Shown in pieces: positions 11,401 through 22,300 of a stretch of DNA of 64,000 nt. Position 1 is the stretch's first letter, and each line of letters opens with the position of its first letter. The notes under the pieces were generated by a model, which saw only the letters and a list, made by a program, of their open reading frames with translations, had not been told where the DNA came from and did not search any database. Source of the stretch: Asterias rubens (lineage: Eukaryota); assembly GCF_902459465.1 (NCBI RefSeq), contig NC_047079.1, forward strand, positions 11,532,001 through 11,596,000. The letters are read 5' to 3'. The translations under genes and the position numbers were made by a program.

Positions 11401-14400
11401 AACAAGGGTTGGTTTTCCCGTTATTTTCTCCCGACTCCGATGACCGATAAAGCCCAAATTTTCACAGGTTTGTTATTTGATATAGAAGTTGTGATACACG
11501 AAGTGTGGGCCTTGGACAATACTGTTTACCGAAAGTGTCCAATGGCTTTAACGACTACATTATATGATGATTATGAATTGCACGAATCAAGAATTTGTGA
11601 ATCATAAATCTCTTTTGAGGGAGTGTTGGCTCTGAAAAGAGCTGGTTTGGTCTTTACAATTCAAACAGTGTACTCTACTCGTCTTCAGAAGAAAGGACCC
11701 TGGAGAAGAGCAGAGTATACTGTTCGAAGCGTCGAGACCAAACTGCTTTTTTTTTTCAGAGCCAACACTCCCTCACAAGAGATGCAATACATGGTTGAAC
11801 CCTCAAGCTATTTATTTAAAAGTTAATTCTTATGAGTGTTTGAAACTTTGTTTTTCTTCCACAGAGTATCTGACCAGACCACCCAGCATGGGTTTCAAAC
11901 AGTCGCAGCTATTCCTGATGGTTCACTTCACTCGAAATCAAACCAAAGTGGAGGAGGCAGAGCAGACTCGACGGCAACTTTTAGCTCATCATGAAAAAGC
12001 AGCTCAAGAAGTCTTCCCTAGCATGGTTGGAGCGGTGCCTGTAATGGATGTAGGAAAATACGTGACACAGGTATGAACCAATGTTTGAAGTTTGTGGTGA
12101 TATTAACAAATTAATATTAGTGTGTATTTTAAAATTTTATTTTATTTAAAAAACAATTATGAGATATCGCCTAACATAACCTGAGTTGATTTCACCAGAC
12201 TCTTCTTAACTTATTAATCTTAGGACTTAGGAGGAGTCCCAGCCCTGCACTGTAGCATGCAAACCTTAAGTTTAATCCCAAGTTAGGACGAGTCGAGATA
12301 GGATTAATCTTAGTGTTTTGTGAAATCCGCTGCAGGCCTCGAACTTTGCTCTGGGAGCTAGGGGCAATTTTCTAAGGGCACCACAGCAAAAGCGGAGGGC
12401 ACCATGGCAATTGCTGTGGGTGCCGTGGGTTATTTCAATTGGTGATTTGGCCTGTCGACCCTTATCAAATGTCACCAGGGACACGTTGCCACTTACTTCT
12501 GGGGCTGAAACAGGGTTACCCTCTTCCTAGTCCGTAAGGATGTACATTGTACGCATATGTTTAATGCATTGATGAAGTTGGTAAACAACAATTTCATAAA
12601 GTTTATTTTGTATCATTCATGTAGTTATTTTCACTTGATCAAACTTGTTTTCTCTGCAGAAATACACATCGGCAAATGGAAAGAAGATCTACGTGTTCGA
12701 TGATCTGTTTTCCAAGGAAGATCTGGATAAACTAAGAACCTTCACCGTCGACCACGGTTAGTTGAATTCCTTCCTTTAATTTCCCAAATCTTTAAAAGGG
12801 TGACTTTGCAAGTATACATCCTCATATAGATTTAGACTTTATTCTTAACTGTGTATCTATTAGCCTTAATAGCTAAGCAAAGTGTGATGTCACAAAACAA
12901 GTCACTATGACATTGATAATATCAACAACTCATCTTTAAGTCACTGGACATCTTTGGTAATTTTCAAAGACCAGTTTTCTCACTTTGTTGGTGTATTCCA
13001 ACATGTGCATAAGATAAACAAATCTGTCAACATTTTGGCTCAGTTGGTCATCAAAGTTGCAAGAACATAATGAAAGAAAAAACACCCTTGTTGTACAAAT
13101 TTGTGTGCTTTCAGGTGTCTAATCAAAGGCGTCAGGCTTGAAGTCTTTTAGTATTTGAATGAGAAACGTTACTTCAGAGGGAGTCGTTTCTCACAATGTG
13201 TTATGCTATCAACAACTCTCCATTGCTTGTTACCAAGTAAGGTTTCATGCTAACAGTTGTTATGAGTAACTACCAATAGTGTCTACTGCCTATAAGAGGA
13301 ATTCAAGCCCAACATTTTGGATATTCTGTGCGGTGCATTTATTGTTGCCCTTTTGTTTTATTGTAGGAAATTATTTCTTCGATGACAGTATCGACGCAGA
13401 CAGTGACAATGTCCAGTGGATTGCTGCTTTTAGTATTGATAACTTCACCCAAACTACAGTATGGAATATCACAAGACAAGTTGCCAAATATGTCTCAGGT
13501 AAAAAAAAATGCCACAATTTTAACTTACATCATTGCTTTGAAAGACACTGGACACTAGTGGCATGGGAGACCTCCATGCTATTGGTAATGGGCCATATTT
13601 TTGACCGCGTGAGGGCGCTCTCAATCACTTCCGGGGGTATATTCATTCATACCCAAAACAGTTTTTAAAGATAGGAACACATTATAACCACAGACATCTA
13701 ATCCATCACAGACAATAAGACTTTTAAAGGAGCCGTTATAATCCACCTCTAAAGCAAATTGAAACTACGGCGTAACAAAAGTGACAGAACGCCTATTAAT
13801 TTGTGCAGGGCGAATCGCGTGTACCCCCGGAAGTGATCAAAATACTATTTATAGCGCCCTCGCGCGGTCAAAAATAAGGGGCATTGTCAAAGACCAGTCT
13901 TCTCACTTGATGTATCTCAACATAAGCATAAAATATTCTGCTTATATTAAGCAGCTCTATGAAAGTCGGCCCTGACCAACTAGAAATATTTTCCCCTCAT
14001 CACCACAGGGACGGATGAATGGTTCCCGTATGATGTCGCATGTAACGTGATCCGATCGTTCGACTACACAAGAATCCACGAAGATTGTGAGGTACAAGAA
14101 GACGAGTGGACGTTCCTTATCTATCTCAACCCAAACTGGACGGGAGACTTGTACGGTGAAACGGTGTTCAAAGAAAGTAAACTTGAGGACGCTGAAAATA
14201 TAGCGAGTATGTTTTAAAATCGGTAATGTTCTGACCCAATTCACCAGGGCTCAATTTCACTGAAATTTTTCCCTTGCGATGACCATTCTTTGCTTACAGG
14301 GAAAACGCTGAGTTTCTGTGCCAGCTGTGTAAGCGAAGAATGCCAAGTAATGTGGAGTACGCATGCGCACAAGCAAGAAATCACTGCTAACCTATGAACT

Positions 14401-17022
14401 AGGCTTGGCTTAAGCGCCGAATTCTGCTTCCATTAAGCCAATTCTTGCTGATGGTAAACAGGGAGCCATGAAATTTAACTCGACTGTCATCAAACTATAA
14501 GTGTTGGTTGCAGCATTTCCAGAGTCAGCATCCCTGTGTATTACGGTCTAATGATTAACCACATGCCAGCACATGCCATGTCCCTGGTAGAACCTCCAAT
14601 GAGTCCCAGCAAAAGGAGACGGTCTTTGTATTCCGATTTGGTGTATGTCTCCCCCCCCCCCCATTGTATCTTCGTTGTGTTCTAGGAGTCTTATGCATTT
14701 TCAGGGGAAGTATGTGTTGGAGGAACATCGGTTATGGTATATCTGATAAATTTTTCTTCTATTAATTGTGTTTTTTGGTTTCTCTGAAGGTGTCCTTCCT
14801 CGTTATGGTAGAGTTGCTCTGTTTCAGGGTATCATTCCGCACTCTGCAAGACCACCAAGTACTATGTTCACCGAGGCAAGGTAACTCTATCACAATATTT
14901 TAGACACCCTGATTGTATGTCACAAGCTGTAAACAGCGCCCTCATGAGACGGGGGGTCAAAGGAAGACCTATCATTAGACTGGGCCCCTGTCTTTATCCG
15001 CAAGGATAAAGACAGGTCCCAGCTTCTCAGATCCAGTGATTCCATTGGATACATTGATATTGGATAAACGTGCACCCAGTATGGCTAAACAGTACACTGC
15101 TCTCAAGTCCGCAATAGAATTTGACTGCGTATCTCTATGTGAAATTAATGAGGTCAAAGGTTAAACCACACGCCAGTTTTTGATGCCGGTCTCGCGTTAT
15201 TCACATCAGAAGTGTGACGTCAGATGTTCAGGCTAACCTATCATTGGCTCAGAGTTGTGCATGGCTTGTACGCATGGCTTGTATGAGGCCTTGTGTGTCT
15301 GGCGTCTAACATTTAAATATATTTGTAAAAAATAATAATACAAACATTTTAAAAAGTGCTTCATCCATTTTGTCTCAGAGGTTGAAAAGGAAAGTAGTCT
15401 GGTACCCTTCTCATAACTTGATAATTAACAGTATTAGTGCCATTGTGTAGGGAATCTGACAAAATGGCCACACAATGATAAAATTGTTTTCTTGGAGATT
15501 CCACACAGACGTGGAAACATTGTTATCACCAAGGATTATGAGCAAGTTTTGATAAAAATTAATTTAGATATAAAAGTAAATTAAGTTTTTAGATGCAAAA
15601 AAATGACTTTAATTCAAATCCAGAATACTTCATTTGATTGGTTTATTTTTCCTGGTTTTAGACTGAGTTTTGCCGTCAAGCTTTCTGTGAATCCAGTTGT
15701 AGCGAGACTCAAAATGTGGAAGCAGGAATTTACACATGAGGAGTACATGCATCAGTCGACCCTAGCGCTTCTCAAGTATTACAATGTGAGTGAAATCGTG
15801 GGATGTGTATACTACATAAGAACCCATTTTTATTTGTCTATGCTCTGATTATTACCTTGTTCCTCCTGTCAGGGTGTTTGAGCGCGAGACCAGGCTTTCT
15901 GCTTGTTCTTATCCTTAAACTGTGGCTGTGCCGAGATGTAGAACAAAGAGCTACTCTAGTAGCTTTTTCCCTCGTACTGCATCTCTTTGGAACTCCTTGC
16001 CTGGTGCATGTTTCCCTTCATCCTATGATCTTCCATCTTTTAAGAGGAATGTCAATTCCTACCTTCAGCTCCAGTGACTTTCTGCATGTCTATGTTTTCT
16101 TCCTTGTAGCCCTTAACCTAGAGTGGCTTTTAGCTTTGTTTTGGGCGACTTGCATAAAAAAAAAAAAAAATTAAAAAAAACTTCTCCTAGATGCCGTTAA
16201 AGAGCAGAATGTAGTATAAACAGGGACAGGAATTCCGTGGAACCTATGCTCTGATTATTATCTTGAAGAAGAAAAAACTGACTCTGTAATTGTTTTTGTT
16301 TTTTCTGGGACATTTTTCAACCAAAGGATCCAAATCTAGAAGGTTACTACAAGAAACTTCTCCTCGAAGCCGTTAAAGAACAGAATGAGGTGGAGTATAT
16401 ACAGAGCAACGGGATTCCTAAGAACCCATGCTCTGATTATTATCTTGAAGAAGAAAAAACTTGCTCTCTAATTGGTTTTCTTTTTCTGGGAACTTTTTTC
16501 AACCAAAGGATCCGAATCTAGAAGGTTACTACAAGAAACTTCTCCTCGAAGCCGTTAAAGAACAGAATGAGGTGGAGTATATACAGAGACAGGAATTCCT
16601 GAAAGGTTTTCAAGAAGGGAGTTGGGCTAAAGCGGATTATGATCATGATGAAGAGGACGAAGAAGAATTTGAGTTTGAAGAAAATCGCCCCTTTGACATT
16701 GGTAAGAAAAAAAGAAAAGAATTGGGACTCATGTTCAAGATATGAATTTGAACCCACTCTCTGCTGATCCGAAAACGAGTTTGAATTTGATGCTCTTAAC
16801 CGCTCAGCCACTACACTAGTAAAATGTATAAAATTCAAGGATATTTCTGTCTTTTCCGTTCTAGAGTTTCAAGAGATCAACCGCAGAAGGAAGTATATTT
16901 TTTCTCTCTTCAAGAAGTTTGGTGATGATGCAGAAGCCTTGACGACTCACTACATGCAATTTGTCCAAGACAATCAAGTTATGAAGAAGATGTACGTTAA
17001 GGAAATGGAACAACTCATTTGA
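8469..17022 (+). CDS. Signal-anchored tandem 2OG-Fe(II) oxygenase (prolyl-hydroxylase/EGLN-like fold), 630 aa. Exons 8469-8788, 9532-9720, 10467-10651, 11865-12070, 12660-12756, 13367-13498, 14009-14206, 14790-14880, 15662-15785, 16509-16701, 16865-17022
   Basis: All junctions are GT-AG and in phase (1893 nt). N-terminal hydrophobic segment GLFIVILSLLCSLSLSTF. Domain 1: HRD...ILYLNQLW...PKFNRVIIWDS. Domain 2: HED...LIYLNPNW...GET...PRYGRVALFQGIIPHSARP...RLSFAVK. Confidence 0.85.
9920..10420. repeat. Two degenerate (GGTCA/GTCAG)n simple-repeat tracts (about 9920-10125 and 10258-10420) in intron 2 of the oxygenase gene
   Basis: Direct reading of the sequence. Confidence 0.9.
10740..10922. mobile_element. 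MITE with GGGCCCAATTTCAT TIRs. Related copies at about 14247-14480, 26508-26750, 31060-31235, 34905-35090 and 44590-44787
   Basis: GGCCCAATTTCATAGAGCT...AGTTCTATGAAATTTGGCC. The 26508 copy has CAGGGCCCAAT...ATTGGGCCCTG ends. Confidence 0.65.
11178..11551. mobile_element. TTAA-flanked TIR element, family 2 (Kolobok-like)
   Basis: TTAAAGCCATTGGAC...GTCCAATGGCTTTAA. Nearly identical to 63470-63842. Confidence 0.8.
12935..13295. mobile_element. Kolobok-like family 1 MITE
   Basis: Degenerate TIRs CACTGGACA...GTGTCTACTGCC and family-1 interior (AAAGACCAGT...CTCACTT...GTGTA). Confidence 0.7.
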
Positions 17023-17110
17023 GAAACAGGCCTGTACTTCTTTTAGATTTTTCTTTCACTTAGGGATTCTCAAATTTGTTCTCAAGTCCCCTCAAGGGTT
17101 CCTTTACACA

Positions 17111-17370
17111 CATAGATTTATATATAAGAACTAGAGGGCGCACTGGTCTATAAACGCAGCCCGGCATGCGCGCATGCGGCCATTTTGTAAGTTGACAAAA
17201 CAGCATCGCATAGCGTGTTCTTACGGGGCCTGGTGTGCAGCCGTTCTGTTATAAACACAATTACTCCAAAGTGTACTTCATATTCAACACGCTTACAAAA
17301 TGGCGCTCGTGTCTCCTTGCGGTCCCGTCGCGTTTGTGCAAGCAGCATCACCAGTGCGCCCTCCTCTATG
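17111..17370. mobile_element. hAT-like MITE with CATAG termini, just downstream of the oxygenase stop codon; second copy at about 29413-29700 (ATAD3A intron 7)
   Basis: Begins CATAG, ends CTATG, with an 8-bp TSD TTTACACA/TTTACAGA (7/8). Subterminal AGAACTAGAGGGCGCAC is shared with the 29413 copy, whose right end carries GTGCGCCCTCTAGTTCT. Confidence 0.7.
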
Positions 17371-19388
17371 TTTACAGAGCACTAACTTTATTTTATAGTT
17401 TTGTCACAACGAAAGCTAGACTAACCCAAGTAAAGATGACAGATGTTCACTTTTGAATGATTTGGTGCTGGATATGGGGGCGTGGTGATAACCATCCCCC
17501 CGCCCCACCCCACCCTCTCTTTTGTGTTTTCATCGTGGGTTTCATGTTAGAATTTCCTTGAAGTTTAGGGGAGACTTCTGTACAGTTGGTAAATAGTTTG
17601 GTGGTAGGTTTGGGGGGGGGGTACCCTCTGCTGCTACCATCGGATATGGTATAGAGTGCGTTCGTTTAGCTTCCCTGGGTCACCCCGGTCTGCCAAGGTG
17701 CGTTCGAAAAGCTTCGACAGGGCTCAGCCGGGTCAGCCCCCAGCGCCCTGCTTGTGGAGTGGGTCACTTAGGGGTGACCTGAGGAGCATGCCGTCACCAC
17801 GAGAGGGCGAGTGTGATCGTTCGTTTAGCTCTTGTCTGGGGCTCAGCTGATTGAGCACCGCAGGGAAGCTAAACAAACGCACCCATTGTTTAAATTACAG
17901 TGAATCCTCTGCAAAAAAACGTCCACAATATAAGTCAAAACTTACAAAAACACATGTGCTAAAATCATGAAAAAGATTATTTTATTTTTTTACAAAAACT
18001 CTATTTCCATATAATGACAAAATATACAACTTGTCATTGGTTGAAAGATTTGTTTGCAAAACCTATTTTCTACAGTCTGATAAAAATAATTTGGTTTTAT
18101 CTATCCACTTCTTCAAGAAAATTTACAAGGAAAACTAAATTTAGTTTGCTGCAAAAAAATGAAGGTTTGTACAATATTTACACATAAATTTTACTTTTTG
18201 GGGCTGAATTATTGTTTTCAAAGCTAAAAAAAAAGCATTGGAAAAGTATAAGTTACTTGGTGATTTGCTGGTGTTTTTTGAAGGGCTTTTATTTTACTTT
18301 ACGTCACTGTGTCAATTCTTTTCATTTAACTTTGAGTACAACTTATCACTGAAATATTTTATTTTAATAATAAAAAAACACTTTCAATGTTGCGTGGCCA
18401 AAATTTGGCCAAAAGAAATGTTACAAACAATTTTAGTTTATCTGGATGAATCTTGAAAGATGATCATGTTCAAAATGGAAGGAAAATAACAACAATTTGC
18501 TTATATGCTGCAGACAGAACACAAACAAAAATGTAATGGACAGAGATAATGTTTGTAAGGATCCTGAAAATAATTTTTTGTTTTTCAGTTCAACTACTAG
18601 TCTATGAAAATGGTCTAAATTCTAGGGGGTAAAATTTGCCAAAAAGTTGACCTAGCGACTGAAACTTGAAAAGTACTTCTATTTGTTATTGATTCCACTA
18701 ACTGTAGAGGCAATACTAAGTACTCATATGGATTTTGAGTAAGCTATTGTGTAAATTGTTCACACATTTCCATTTTTCTAAAAAAGGTGTCTAAACTGTA
18801 TATATTTATATAGTACATGTATATTTTTGTGTGATGGGTTTTTCTCAATAAAAAAAGGAGAATATACAGTATCTAAATGTAAATTTTTTTTTTATAATGG
18901 CCACTCTGTGAAAAGACTTCTATCAGACTAACTGGATTTCCTGTGACCCAAAAATGCTGTAAGAACCAATCAATGGGAAATGTGTAGATGAATAATACGT
19001 TTGTGTCTTTCTGTATACTCTCGGGTCTAAGTATATGTGATCGAACATAGAAAAATATCTATATCACGTGAAAGAGAATTATGCATTCTTGTGATTTATT
19101 TATTTGCAAGGCAATTAATAATGCAGGCCTGTTACTTCTCAGAGGCAACAAAGGCGATTGTCATTGCCTTGGTGCCCTTCAAATGCGCCCGTTTCTCACA
19201 ATGTTTTATACCATCAACCTCTCCCCATTACTCATTACCAAGTAAGGTTTTGTGCTAATAATTATTTTGAGTATTTACCAATAGTGTCCACTGCCTTTAA
19301 TGCAGCAATGAGTGCTACACAGGCTAAAGAAGGAACAGTGTTTATTTACTTGGACTGTGACAGGCTGAAATTGGTTAATCGCTATTTT

Positions 19389-22300
19389 CTATGATATCAC
19401 ACAACCAGCTTTAGTAAGGTCTCCATCAATGTCAGAGGTCAAACGAGGGATTCCGTCCAACTCTCGCAAATCCGGCAGAATCTGGAACACTCTGAAAGAC
19501 AAAAAAAACTTAAGAAATTCAAATCTAGACAAAATCTTAAGCTGCTTAAGCATACAAAGTAGCTAAGCATGAATCAATTGTGCTTATCAGCATAAGGTAG
19601 CCAGCAACATATCAGGTAGTGAACCACAAAGGAAACTCGTTAAATTTTAATTAAATTTTGAAATTATTAAAGTTTAACCCAGTCAGTTTCCCTTTTGTTT
19701 ATTACTTTTAAAATAGCTTGATGAAATTTGCAATTCAATGACAAGATCATTCTGTACCTTTGTCTGTAGTGTTCCGTGAAGCACACAGGATTACGCCTGA
19801 GATCCATGGTGACTAGGCCACTGTTCTGCAGACTCTGCAGACCATCCAGAGTCTTGATGGAATTATCACTTAGATTAAGTATCTTCAGATTTTGACACTT
19901 TGGAAGTTTCTGTTGAAAAAAAAATACAAAATTTAATCACGGGTGATATTTGAGAAAAATGAAAAACCCTGAGAATTTGATAATAATATCCTAATGGTTA
20001 GGGAGATTAAGCTTCCAAAACAAATAGGAAGTTTTATATAACACCCAAGCAGATTCTTGCCATTTGATTGGAGGATTGTCCGTCACGTGATAGCAAATAA
20101 AAGTACCATTGCACGCTGAGTCACTCACCGTGCTTTTTCGTTCCATCCGAAAAGTACCATTGCATGCTGGCAGCTTGCAATGGTACTTTTCGGATGGAAC
20201 GAAAAAGCTGAGTAAAAACATCACTGCGTGCGCGTGTCTTTGGTAACGCAGCAGGTGTTACTGCAAGAAGGCATAGTAAAACTACTAGCATTCGGCTTCT
20301 ACAGTTGACATTGTTTGTTTTGAAAGTTGTATCTTTCAATCAAAATGACAAAGATCTACTTGGATGTTATATAAAACAAATAATGAATGTTTTTTATTCG
20401 TGCAATGGTGCGAATATGTTCATTCGTTGAAAGCTGGAATGTTCCATTCAACTCGGCTCCGCCTCGTTGAATAGCACATTCCATCTTTCAACTCATGAAC
20501 ATATTCGCACCATTGCACTCATAAACATTCATTATGTGTATACTATTTCAGAGGTTTATAGACTACGGTGTCATGGCCGAGTGGTTAAGACTATTGAACT
20601 CAAGTTTTGGTGGTTAAGTCATCAGAGTGTGGGTTCGAATCCCGGTCGTGACACTAGTGTCCTTGAGCAAGATACTTTACTATAATTGCTTCTCATCACA
20701 CAGGGGTATACATGGGTAACTGCGAGGGTAGAGGTTGATATTGTGTATGAAAAGGCCTTTGGAGCGCCACGACAGCTCGGGGCTGTTCACTCCCCAGGGA
20801 GCTGAGTAAGATTAAATAATGTAAAGTGCATTGGACAGTTATTGTGAAATGCGCTTTACTTCACCACTAACAGAAGTCTACAGGTTTTCATCAGAACAAG
20901 TACTTTGTTTCTGTAATGGCACAAGTCCCCTCTTTTGATGACAAATTTGATGACCAAGGCAGGTTAATGAAAAAATCCTTACATTAAAACAAAATCCTAG
21001 CAAATTCAATACCAAGACCTGATAAACAAGAGTTTGGGTAGTCCTCAAGAAAATTGACAAAATGTTTTCGACACAAAAGTACTTTTATCTGTAAGAACAA
21101 TAATTGAGTTGTAAAATGTTTACCTTGAAAGATTTTAAATAATTGTTGTTCAGGTTGAGAAGGCTGCATCTGAAATTTAAAAACAAACAAAAATTGTAAA
21201 ATTCCAATCCACACGGGTAACCTATATTTGCTAAGCAAAAGTTGTTAAAGCTAAGCACGTTTATGTGCTTACAGGCTTTATGAAATTGGGCCCTGCATTA
21301 GAGAATAATTTTGTTCTTACGCTGGGAATGACACTTTGCTGAGGTCTTCGATGTCGTCATTGATGAGTTGGATGGTCTTGGCTCTGATGAGTCTCTTTAA
21401 AATACGAAGGAAATTCTCCATTTGGTATCTGTCTGCTAGCTCTTGATATGAAAGGTTGACAGCCTTGGGGGAGGAAGGAAAAGAAAAGGGAAAACTTTCA
21501 AACATATGTTATAAAGCAAGGTTTGCGGTAACACCTTGGAAGTGTCGTGGCCGAGCGGTTAAGAGCACCGAATTCAAACTCTGGTGTTTCTGATCAGCAG
21601 AGTGTGGGTTTGAATCCCCAGTCGTGACACTTGTGTTTTTGAAAAGAGAAGGGTTTCGCCCGGTGTTCCTGGCTGTGGCTGCTGTATGCGCCGTAGCACC
21701 TTGTAAACCCTTATAAGGTGCTAAATAATTGGGTCTCTTTTTGTACATTTATATACTCGGCGCCTTGAGTACCTTGTTTGGTAGATATGCGCGCTATATA
21801 TCACTTCGATATTATTATTATTAATATTATTATCTCTAAATGAGTTGGGGTGGTTCTGAAAAGAACTGTTGGTTTCAACCCTTGATGTCTTCCTCTTGGA
21901 ATGTTTAGCTTAGCAGCTTGAAGAATAATGGCTTGAAGAATAATGGATGTAATATTAAAGTCTTATATAGCGCACGTATCTACCAACAAGGTACTCAAGA
22001 TGTTTAGTATATACATTTCTACAGAAAGAGAGGTGATTGAAGTTATGAATTTTATGAGACCCACTTTATATGTAGCACCTTGTATGGGTTTACAAGGTGC
22101 TACGGGGCATTCAGCAGCAACAGCCAGGAACATCGGGGCGAACCCCTTCCCTTTTCGATAAGTGCACTGGGTTCTTTCACGTGCATTACACAACACACAG
22201 GACCAACCAACCAAATTTGGGGAATAACTTTAAACAGACTTACTTGGCAATTCTCCCAGTTCTCCATCTTCTTTTCATATTCCTTCTTCTCCTGGCCTTT

